Shown here in pieces: positions 40,246 to 51,064 of a DNA stretch of 64,000 nt; positions within the stretch are counted from its first letter, which is position 1, and each line of letters opens with the position of its first letter. The stretch is from Octopus vulgaris (lineage: Eukaryota), in assembly GCA_951406725.2 (NCBI GenBank), contig OX597815.1, positions 110,422,001 to 110,486,000 of the forward strand, given 5' to 3'. The notes under the pieces are model-generated. The model saw only the letters and a list, made by a program, of their open reading frames with translations, made no database searches and had not been told where the DNA came from. A program made the translations under genes and the position numbers.

Positions 40246-41607
40246 ATGTGTCTGCAACTCTCCCATGAAAAGGAAAGAGCAGACAAAGAAGCCTGGGCTA
40301 TAGACTACATAAAATCTAACCCCAGAGCTTTCTACAGGTATGCTAAAGAAACAGCTACGGTACACTGTAGGTTAGGGCCACTCCTTGAAAAGGATGGCAC
40401 ACTCACAGGAAAACCAATGAGGGTAAGTGAAATACTGAATGAGCAATTCAAGAGTGTTTTCACTCCACCCCTTGGGCATTTCCAAATCACCAATCCAACT
40501 GACTTCTATACCACTGCAGATATAAAATCAGAGGCAGCGACGATAGATCACATCGATATAAAGGAAGACGATGTAATAAAGGCTATAGATGAAATGAAAA
40601 CAGACTCAGCTACTGGCCCCGATGGATTCTCGGCAATCCTTCTAAAAGTATGTAAGAGAGTCCTAGCAAGACCACTGCAGTTCCTCTTTCAGAGCTTCCT
40701 TGCAGCTGGCAAACTTCCAAGAAAACTGAAGGAAGGTAAAATATGCCCTATTCATAAAGGAGGTAGCAGAGCGGAGGCCAAGAACTACAGACCTATCTCT
40801 CTGACCTCACACATCAGCAAGGTCATGGAACGAATAGTCAGAAGGAAACTAATCACCTTCCTTGAAGAAAATGACTTGCTGCCTGACACCCAACATGGTT
40901 TCCGACCAGGAAGAAGCTGCTTAACTCAGCTCCTACAACACTATGACTGGGTGCTGAAACAACTGCTCAACCACTCAAATGTGGAAGTCATATATCTCGA
41001 CTTTGCAAAGGCCTTTGATAAAGTCGATCACGGAATGATATGTCACAAACTGCGTGATCTTGGCATAGTTGGAAAATTGGGAGAATGGCTTCATGACTTT
41101 CTGAAGAATAGAAGTCAGGTGGTAGCAGCCAATGGGGCCACTTCCATTAACACGCAAATAGTGAGCGGTGTTCCGCAGGGCACTGTTTTGGGACCACTAC
41201 TGTTCATAATGGCCCTCTCAGACATGCCCTCAGCCACGCAGAGAGCCACGATCACAAGTTATGCAGATGATACAAAAGTTTCACAGGCAATACAGAACCC
41301 TGAAGACACTAAGCACCTGCAATGTGAGCTGGACGAAATATACAAGTGGGCCGAAAAGAATAGCATGCAGTTCAATGCTGAAAAGTTTCAAGCTTTATAC
41401 TATCAGCATGCAAAACTGAATGCAATACCCAATGAATACACTGGATCCGGAGGGATTGCAATCCCAGAGGCACAATCAGTGCGTGACCTGGGTATTCACA
41501 TGAGTGATGACGCGACCTTTCATGTACATGTTGCTAAACTGACAATGAAATGTAGACGGCTGGATGGATTCTTAGAACCTTTAGAACAAGAGAACAAGAA
41601 ACCATGA
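40246..41607 (+). pseudogene. Reverse transcriptase domain of LINE ORF2 (frameshifted at ~40250 and ~41560)
   Basis: GPDG, NYRPISLTS, QHGFRPGRSC, YLDFAKAFDKVDH, SGVPQGTVLGP, YADD at 41260-41271, RDLG. Confidence 0.95.
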
Positions 41608-42167
41608 TGGTCCTCTGGAAGACACTTGTCCTAAGCCACTTTGACTATTGCTCTCAGCTATGGTCACCATCCAGTGTCAAGTTGATCACAGAACTTGAGG
41701 CGATCCAACGAAGCTACACGAAGAAGATAGCCTCTGTGCAGCATATGAACTACTGGGAAAGACTCAAGATATTAAAGCTCTATTCCCTGGAGCGTAGGCG
41801 AGAAAGATATGCCATAATATATATCTGGAAGATCTTGGAAGGACTTGTCCCAAACTTTGGCATCGAGAGTCACACAAATGCCAGAACCGGACGCCACTGC
41901 GTAGTACCAAGGACTCCAAATTTGCCATCAAGATGTAGGACAAGATACTGTGACAGACTGGACTTCAGAGGCCCACAGCTCTTCAATATCCTCCCGAAGA
42001 ACCTGAGGGACCTGCATGGTGTAGATGCGGATGTCTTTAAAGTAGGACTGGATCTCTTCCTGTCAGGTGTCCCGGATGAACCAACTTCACGGCAGGAGGT
42101 GCAGATGAGGGCAGCTGCATCGAACTCTCTCATGCATCAGATGGCGTTTGCTAAAAAGCATCCGTGA
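41604..42167 (+). pseudogene. LINE ORF2 C-terminal region
   Basis: DYCSQLWSP, YWERLK, LYSLERRRERY; CR1-type. Confidence 0.9.
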
Positions 42168-42261
42168 GGTAAAATCGTGTAGCAAACCAAATGGCGGTGC
42201 CCCAGCATGGCCACAGCTCATTAGCTGAAACTAGAAAAATCAAAATCAAAATCAAAATCAA

Positions 42262-42295
<34 letters not shown>

Positions 42296-42299
<4 letters not shown>

Positions 42300-42643
42300 A
42301 TATATCGTGCTTATGAGGTGTTTGGCGGGCAATTTCACTGGCCTTGTACATACGTGCATATATATGTATGTATGGACGTTCGTATATGTAAGTATAACGT
42401 TTGTTCTGCATATATATATCTGTATTTATGTACTTTGATATAATCAACCGATGACGGCAAAGCTTATTTAAAGCAAAGCTAGAAATCCTGGATCTTGAAT
42501 TATTTAATAATATTTCTTGCTAGTCTATTTTGTCCCTCTGTCTTATCTCATGGTACGATATGAACATTTAGCGTGGTTTTTAGAGTCAGGCTTTTGACTG
42601 CTATTTCGGCATAGTGGTGTCTCTCAGACACCCTTATTTTTAG

Positions 42644-42646
<3 letters not shown>
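42296..42646 (+). mobile_element. Penelope-type terminal fragment between (TA)n tracts
   Basis: Contains a hammerhead followed by an AT-rich tail. Confidence 0.55.
42444..42498 (+). ncRNA. Minimal type I hammerhead ribozyme, U4C variant
   Basis: tcaa-CCGATGA-cggc...gcta-GAAA-tcctgga-TC-ttga. Confidence 0.65.
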
Positions 42647-42691
<45 letters not shown>

Positions 42692-43338
42692 CATTTTTAA
42701 CATCACACATCTATAAAAGACTCTACCTTAGGTGAACACGACGGTATTTTGCCTGTCAACGGTGTTTATATATTAAGTATGAAACATTGAGGTGTGTTTT
42801 GATTTACTGCTGTTTCAATTGCGTACTGGTTTTCCTTCAGGGTTTACTGTAATCAAATTTGTCATAGATTTCTTCGAATGTAAACTTTTTTTCCTTAATG
42901 GTTATTTTTTTACTCGTTGTATTAAATTGCCATAATTTTCCTCTTACTTTCCCTTCTAGTTTTACTTTCCTTCTTTGTCTTATATGTTTTCCTGTTCTCC
43001 TCTCCTTTCTTCGTCATCGTTTCCGTTTTCTTTTACTTCTTCTGCCCTTCCTTTTTTTTATTGTAATCTTTCTCCTTCTGTTACCCGTTCTCCTAAACTT
43101 CTTCCACTTTAAATAATCGGTGATTCACAATCATTTCCTTCTGTACCCTAGTTTCTTCTTTTCGTTGACCATACTCTGCTATGCCCTTTCATTCTATCTT
43201 TCCCATTTTACCCACCTTCTTTCACTAATTTATTTCCCTTCACCATCCTTCTCATTTTATACATTTATCTCTCATTTTGATTCTTCACGTAGCTTTACTC
43301 TCCGTGGCAGTCTTACAAACCATCCAAAATCAAACCAT

Positions 43339-43750
43339 CTCTCTTTTACTCTTTTAATCTTTTACTTATTTCAGCCATTTGACTGTGGCCATGCTGGAGC
43401 ATCGCCTTTAGTCGAGTAAATCGACCCCAGAACTTATTCTTTGTAAGCCTAGTACTTATTCTATCGGTCTCTTTTTCCCGAACTGCTAAGTTACGGCGAC
43501 GTAAACACACCGGTTGTCAAGCGATGTTGGGGGGACAAACACAGATGCACAAACATATACACACACATACATACATATATACCCACACATATATATGACG
43601 GGCTTCTTTCAGTTTCCGTCTACCAAATCCACTCACAAGGCTTTGGTCGGCCTGAGGCTATAGTAGAAGTCACTTGCCCAAGGTGTCACGCAGTGGGACT
43701 GAACCCGGAACCATGTGGTTGGTAAGCAAGCTACTTACCACACAGCCATA
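43339..43750 (-). mobile_element. SINE family B flanked by ~65-bp direct repeats
   Basis: Near-full copy; flanks 43274-43338 and 43751-43814. Confidence 0.9.
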
Positions 43751-43914
43751 ATTTTGATTCTTCACATAGCTTTATTCTCGTGGCAATCATACAAACTATC
43801 CAAAATCAAACCATTTGCGAACAAAGTTCTAGGGTTATTCATTTAATATCCGATATTGCCTATGATTAATTGTATATATCTTGCAAATTTACTTGTTTTC
43901 TTTTACATTTTATT

Positions 43915-44178
43915 CTTTTATTCTTTTACTTGTTTCATTCACTTGACTGCGGCCATACTGGAGCACCGCATTTTAATCGAAAAAATTCGACCCCACAACT
44001 TATTCTTTTCTGAACCTAATACTGATTTTATCGATTCCCTTTGCCGACCCACAACGTTACGGGGACATAATCACACCAACATCAGTTGTCAATCGATGGT
44101 GGTGGTGGTGGGACAGACATACACACAAAGGCACACACACATATATTTACATATATATATATATACATATATATACAT

Positions 44179-44242
<64 letters not shown>

Positions 44243-44247
44243 GTATA

Positions 44248-44341
<94 letters not shown>

Positions 44342-44385
44342 CGAGTGGATTAGGTAGATGGAAACTGAAAGAATCCCCTCGTATA

Positions 44386-44472
<87 letters not shown>

Positions 44473-44592
44473 GATGGGCTTCTCTCAGTTTCTGTCTACC
44501 AAATCCAGTCACTAGGCTTTAGTCGGCCCGACTCTATAGTAGAAGACACTTGTTCAAAGTGCTCCGTAGTGGAACTAAATCCGGAACCATGT
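43915..44592 (-). mobile_element. SINE family B with greatly expanded internal (TA)n
   Basis: Tail at 43915-44130, head part at 44470-44592. Confidence 0.75.
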
Positions 44593-44789
44593 CTAATTTA
44601 ATCTAATCTAATCTTAGGTTATTGATACTAAAACTATTTTTAGTAACATCAATACTTCCTAAAAACACTTTATTCATTCAGCTTGATGATTCCTTCAGCA
44701 ATAAGCAATAATGGTACCTGGTGAAATTGTGTATTAATGGTTCCAGAAGATAAAGAAAACCTTGCTTCGGATCGAGTTGGATGACGAAC

Positions 44790-45225
44790 AAAGGTGTGAA
44801 GTGGAGTGAAATAATATGAAGAGGCTAGGACAACGCAAGACTCAAAAGAAATCTAAGGAAGAATGTAAGGATGGCGAAGGTGAATGACAATGACCTTTTT
44901 GTATGCAGAGTCTGTGACAGACCATGCCTTTCTTTTGCTGGACTCAAATCTCATCTGCGGACGAATGGAAAACAAACCTCCACCAACTATTCTGCCTATA
45001 TGTCTTTGAACGCAATGTATGCCAGAAGGTATGCAAATCCAACTGAGGCCTCAAGAGACATTTTAAGATCCACAAAGAGCAGAAGTTATCTGCAGCTCTT
45101 GATGGTCCAAATGTAGGTGTCTTTTCAGAACATTGCCCGCTTTAAAAAGCCACATCAGATCCCATGATGGTGCTATGGTGTAGGTACAGGAGGTGATCAA
45201 AATCTGCATACGAAGTAGGCAACCA

Positions 45226-45228
<3 letters not shown>
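44790..45228 (+). mobile_element. RTE-type LINE 3' end with tandem C2H2 fingers
   Basis: FVCRVCDRPCLSFAGLKSHLR, then VCQKVCKSN*GLKRHFKIH; short 3' UTR runs into (TA)n. Confidence 0.7.
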
Positions 45229-45282
<54 letters not shown>

Positions 45283-45303
45283 TGATTGATTGATTGATTG
45301 AAT

Positions 45304-45342
45304 CTAGTTTCAGCTTATGAGCTGTGGCCATGCTGGGGCACC

Positions 45343-45346
<4 letters not shown>
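45304..45346 (-). mobile_element. Isolated CR1 3'-tail mini-element with (AATC)n tail
   Basis: GGCGGTGCCCCAGCATGGCCACAGCTCATAAGCTGAAACTAG. Confidence 0.8.
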
Positions 45347-45389
<43 letters not shown>

Positions 45390-45495
45390 AGGGAGAATTC
45401 ACAAAAAAAAAAGACAAAAGACGAGATCAGGTGGTGTAGACAACAAACAGATGTATTAGTTTAACGCTCGGGAAGTGAAAAAGTCTTTAAAGTTT
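45390..45495 (-). mobile_element. Penelope-type terminal fragment
   Basis: Reverse complement of 21020-21120. Confidence 0.65.
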
Positions 45496-45714
45496 ATATA
45501 TCTTCTCTTATAACGCCACCCCTACACTATGCAACCCAAACTTCCCTATCCAACCCATCCCTTAAACCCACTCCCACATACCCCACCTTTAACCCCACCC
45601 TCAGCCTAACCCACACCCCACTCCTGCTTTCCACACTCTCGCCTCCCCCACATCCCAACACCACCACACCACACCACACACCACCATACCACACAAAACA
45701 TCCTACGCTCTTCC

Positions 45715-47025
45715 ACAGCGGCAAGATGGCAGAATCGTTAGCGCGGCGAACAAATCGCTTGGTAGCATTTCTTCGGGTTCAAATTGAGTTCATATTCCGA
45801 TAATCTTTCGCTTCGACAAAATCAAGCACCATTCAAGTACTGGGGTCCACTATCCACGACCATCTAAAACTTCTGGCCTTGTACCAAAATTTGCAAGAAT
45901 TGTTATTATTAGAGACAATTATAAGGCAGTGAGCGAGCTGGCAGAATTTTTAGCAGGCCGGGCAAAATCATCTGTTTTAATGTTCTAAGCTCAAATTCCA
46001 CCAAGGCCGACTTTGCCTTTCATCATTTCAGGGTCGATAATATAAGCACCAGTTGAGTGCTGGGGATCAATGTAATCGACTCCCCCCTCTCACCACCACC
46101 CAAAATTTCAGGTCTGATACCTATAGTAAAAAGAATTAGAAATAATACATTTCTAAATCTCTCAGAGAGATTTATACTACAGCAGCACGATAAAGTGATG
46201 GTATGTTGTCAACTTAATGTGACAGTCCCATGAAAGGGAAGAATGCTACTGCTATTTAGCCCTAGGAAGCACCGTTTCCTATTGACCTTGACATATTTCC
46301 TGTGTCCTTATGTTTTCAAAGGGGAGATAAGCACCTCCACTCACAGGAAATGTGTCAAGGCCAACAGGAAACGGTGTTTCTTAGGGTTAAATAGCAGTAG
46401 CATTCTTCCCTTTCATGGGACTGTCACATTAAGTTGACAACATACCATCACTTTAAAAAGAATTATTTTTGATAATTATGAGACAGCGAGCTGGCAGAAT
46501 CTTTAGCAGACCGGGAAAAATGCTTAGCGGCAACGTTCTGAGTTCAAATTCCGCCGTGGCTGACTTTGCCTTTCATCCTTTCGGGGTCGATAAATCAAGT
46601 ACCAGTTGCGTACAGGGGGTCGATGTAATCGACTGGCCCTCCCCCCAAAAATTTCGAGCCTTGTGCCTATAGTTGAAAAGGATAATATAAGTACCAGTTC
46701 AGTACTGGGGTCGATGTAAACACCCAGATTTCAGGCCTTGTACTTACCCCAGATCCCCACCCCAGATTTCAGGCCTTGTACTTGCGGTAGAAAGAGTTAT
46801 TTTAGATAATTATAATGCAGCGAATTGGCAGAATCATTAACACACCGAATAAAATGCTTAAAGGCAATTTCATCTATTTTAACGTTCTGAATTCAAATTC
46901 CACCGAGGCCCATTTTGCCTGTTATCCTTTCGGGGTCGATAATATAAGTATCAGTTGATCACCGGGGTCGATGTAATCGATTTAGCCTATACCCAGAAAT
47001 ACTGACCTTGTGTCAAAATTTGTAG
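45715..47025 (+). mobile_element. Cluster of 4-5 head-to-tail SINE family A copies
   Basis: Heads ggcagaat at ~45728, 45940, 46493 and 46827. Confidence 0.85.
46191..46455. repeat. Fold-back inverted repeat, 114-bp arms, 37-nt spacer
   Basis: 46191-46304 versus 46342-46455; six mismatches, all transitions, in the inner part of the stem. Confidence 0.95.
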
Positions 47026-47731
47026 CCATTATTTTTCGACAATTATTTGCATTTCAAGTTAGCTTTATTTGTAAGTGGGATAATTATGTATTTGGTGTAC
47101 TCTAACATAAATCAGCAGTAGCTGATCAGCTGGTTTGTTGGTTTGTTTGGAGACGGTATATCTATGGTGGGGGTAAAGGGGGGGGGGGAGTGCCAGTTTT
47201 TCTGTAACTTGTGTGTAGGAGGGTATCATCATTTCGGGCAGGACCCTTCATAAAACGCTTCAGTTGTTCGCAAATGTGTTTAGTGTCGGTGGCGAGAGGA
47301 TGGGGGAGAATAATATGGCGTGCATGGTGGTGGTGGTGGTGGTGGTGTTGGGAAAGGGATGATTAAGTTATTGAAAAGAGAGTCAAACAACAGAAGAGTT
47401 GTGAGTGAAAGGGTGAGAGGCATAAGGCAGTGAAGTAGATGTATAGAAAAAAAGTAGGGGGGGGGGCAATCAGTGAAGGAAAAGAATGAAGGATTTTGTA
47501 ACTGTGTGTCAGCAAGGTGTGTTTTATAGCGGTTTACACCACAAACATACATAAATGCATACATACAACGCACACATACTTACGCACGCACACACAATAC
47601 GCACAAATGTATACACATATATATATGTGTGTGTGTGTGTGTGTGTATGTATATATATATATATATATTCATATATATATGGGTATATATGTAAATATAT
47701 ATATATATGTGTGCATGTATATGTGTATATG

Positions 47732-47781
<50 letters not shown>

Positions 47782-47783
<2 letters not shown>

Positions 47784-47956
47784 GGTCCCGGGTTGATTCG
47801 GGGTTAACCACAGTAAATAAGGTACTCAATACATAGCAGAGTAAAATTAATTTATTATATAGAGCTTCCTGAAGATTTCTCTTGAATGAAACAGAGCTTC
47901 CTGAAGATTTCTCTTGAATGAAACAGTTCTAGTCCTGTAGAAGCTCCTTCTATATA

Positions 47957-47962
<6 letters not shown>
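47782..47962 (+). mobile_element. Penelope-type fragment with inverted tail and duplicated hammerhead half
   Basis: atttattatatag (left) is the reverse complement of ctatataataaat (right); 32-bp tandem duplication 47861-47892 / 47893-47924. Confidence 0.7.
47894..47946 (+). ncRNA. Type I hammerhead ribozyme with canonical core
   Basis: gagcttc-CTGAAGA-tttctcttgaat-GAAA-cag(ttctagtc)ctg-TA-gaagctc; 7-bp stem I; predicted cleavage after GUA at 47939. Confidence 0.85.
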
Positions 47963-48021
<59 letters not shown>

Positions 48022-48042
48022 GGTATATACATGTAGACATGC

Positions 48043-48083
<41 letters not shown>

Positions 48084-48354
48084 AAATATATATATACATA
48101 TATACGTACATATATGCATACACACACATAGACACACGCATGCACACACGCGCACACACCCACACCCACACACACACAAGCACACAAGCACACAAATACG
48201 CACACGCGCACACACAAATATATACAAAAGTTTACATTTTTTAAGTCTTGCTGTACAAATACACCCACGTATAGAACTCTTCCTTTGGCATGTACCCGAT
48301 TATTATGTAAGTGACGATAATAACATTAATAGTTATTGAGAACGTAGCAACGTT

Positions 48355-48449
48355 GATGACTGATGATGACAATGATGATGATGATGATGACGACGACGAC
48401 GACGACGACGACGACGATGATAATGATGATGATGACAATGATGATGATT
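48355..48449. repeat. (GAT/GAC)n trinucleotide repeat
   Basis: Direct reading. Confidence 0.9.
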
Positions 48450-49152
48450 TTTACGGGAGCATTTCGCAGTCTACGTGTTGAAAGTACTATAGACAGATGA
48501 TTCAAACGGTCACTTATTTAAATAAACCGTGTAACGGCCGAAAGTAGTTGAGATTTATTGAGCTCCTTAATATACTTCTGATCTCCCCATTCTCTATGCC
48601 TCTCGCTTCACTCTTACCTCCTCGTTACAAATTTCACCTCTCTCCCCATTGTGTTCGTTAAATCCCTTCTTCCCAGACACACGTTGACTGGCTACGGCTC
48701 AAGAATATCAGGATAGATAGTCTACTGGCATTGTTGTTCTTACTGCCAGCAATTCAGAGCCCATTGGGCAATTGAAGTAGATATGCCGAACAAGGAATGT
48801 GATAACTGTTACTACCCGTCATTTCCCCTTTATACTGATATCCGAACTCCATAAAATAGAGCATACTGTAAAATATAGGCATAACAAAATACTCTTTATA
48901 ATATTAGAAATATCAAAAGGCAAACTTGCAACAATATGAAAAAAAAAAAGAAAAATTTTCGTATGCTGTTTCATTGCTAAAGTGAGTTTGAATGCGTCGG
49001 AATTACTTTTGACTTCAGTCGACGACTATTCAAATGTTATGGTAAGCCTATTTGTAGCTTGTCTTGTGCATCTGGACTGCTGTCGCTCTCTGTACATACA
49101 GACATACATACATATATGCATGCATACATACATACATACATACATACATACA

Positions 49153-49186
<34 letters not shown>

Positions 49187-49253
49187 CATACATACATACA
49201 TACATACATACATACATACATACATACATACATACATACATGCATGCATACAT

Positions 49254-49560
49254 ACTACATATGCAATCTATTACTAGAACTGTAAAAACTGTAAAACTTA
49301 CCAGAAGTTTAACATTTAAAAATATATGAGCATGTCTAGATATGTAACTATATGCATAAGAATACATACATAAAACATATAAATCTGCACATACATACAT
49401 ACATACATACATACATACATACATACATACATACATACATACATACATACATACAAAAATAGCTTGTTGTTGATGTTGACATTCCAATAAAAGAACCTTG
49501 GATCTAGTTTAGAAACCGGTTCTTTATTGGCAAGAAATCTTGAAATAAACTAAATAATGA
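49254..49560 (+). mobile_element. 5'-truncated copy of the (CATA)n-associated R4-clade LINE
   Basis: Aligns with 24048-24300; (CATA)n on both sides. Confidence 0.9.
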
Positions 49561-49679
49561 CATACATACATACATTCATGCATCTGAATGTATGTATGCA
49601 TGCATACGTACATTCACACTTACATACATGCAAGTATACATACATATATACATGGTATGTATGTATGTATATATATAAA

Positions 49680-49950
49680 TGAACGCGCGATCGGGTATTC
49701 AGTTCGATTATTTCTATGTCCCCGCGCATGATATAGCCTTAAGACATTTATTGGATGGCCGTTGACTCTCAAGAGTTCTCCCGCCCTTTGACGGGTTTTG
49801 TTTTTCCTCCCGCAGGGTGTCCAATAAACACCCTCCTCACCAAGCAAGCTTGGTGGGGTTGCCGGTTCAGTCGCCGACGACCCGACCATACAACAGGTTG
49901 TACTGGGTTACATGTTACCAGTAGCACTCGAAAGTGACCTGGTATCAACA
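49680..49950 (-). mobile_element. Structured repeat, probable RTE-LINE 5' UTR
   Basis: Serial hairpins; homologous to 12058-12228. Confidence 0.55.
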
Positions 49951-49997
49951 TACATACATACATACATACATACATACATGACATACATACATACATA

Positions 49998-50758
49998 CAT
50001 GTGGTCTGATCAATAAGTATCCCGACTGATGCAATAGTAACGAAGCTAAAGCACGCATAGTAACTCTGATGTGCATGAGCTCTAAGTTTCAACGATCTAG
50101 CTCACTTCCGCTGTTGACCATGATAGGGAAAGTTGAGCCGAGAATCTGCATCAAATTTTGACAAAGCTTAGTGATACGTATTCAGAGGTCTACGCAAAGT
50201 TTTCAAAAAAGTTTTCATTGTTCTCTACACAATCAAGGAGATTTTGTGCAACTGAAAACCTAGATCGTTTTTTTTTTTCTGTTAGCTGAACGCAGTTTTG
50301 GCACAAATTTGGCAGACACGCGTCTCACACCTAAATCTTCAATGATAACCGACTGAATTGAATTGTACCTAATCTGCACATCCTCTGATAACTCACGGAT
50401 AGTGATTCGCAGTACGCACATCTGCGATGTTTTTCTCAGTTCTGCTGGTCGGGTCTCCCAGAACGTTCATAACTATTGACATTTTTTCGGCCATCTTGAA
50501 AACCTCTGAACCACTCGTACACTTATGTGCGGCTCATACACTCCTCTCCATAAACTTTCTGAAACTTTCTGAAACGATCACACGCTACACACCTTCCTTC
50601 CAAGCACTGCTGTAAACAGCGGAAGTGAGTTGAACGTTAAAACTTAGTAACCATGCACAAAAGAGTTCAAAGGCAATCTTTGCCCAGCGGCTTCTCTCTG
50701 TGTGTTTTAGCTTTGTTACTATCGAAACAGACCGGATATTTATTGATCAGACCTCATG
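49998..50758. mobile_element. Non-autonomous mariner derivative with long inverted ends
   Basis: TIRs catgtggtctgatcaataagtatcc / ggatatttattgatcagacctcatg; transposase N-terminal remnants on both strands. Confidence 0.85.
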
Positions 50759-50760
50759 AC

Positions 50761-50811
<51 letters not shown>

Positions 50812-50926
50812 AAATTAATAAATAAAACACATGCATATATATATACATATATGTACGTACCTACATCTACATGTAGGTACGTACATATATGACAGAACGC
50901 ACGCATTGATTTCTAAGTAAGTTTGC

Positions 50927-51064
<138 letters not shown>

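Larger units (their letters stand above)
39893..42265 (+). mobile_element. CR1-superfamily LINE, 5'-truncated just after the endonuclease, young (two frameshifts)
   Basis: ORFs 39908-40303, 40246-41607 and 41604-42167 form one ORF2; 3' hairpin tail and (AAAATC)n; TA-rich flanks. Confidence 0.95.

Noticed and set aside
45530-45710. C-rich tract, telomere-like or G-quadruplex on the minus strand
   Set aside because: Irregular low-complexity sequence without true (TTAGGG)n periodicity
45715-47025. Repeated motif with variable spacers, CRISPR-like at a glance
   Set aside because: Long irregular SINE copies in eukaryotic DNA; no cas genes or fixed periodicity
48725-48750. Short hairpin with TGGCAGT resembling the miR-34 seed
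   Set aside because: Stem too short and the rest does not match a pre-miRNA
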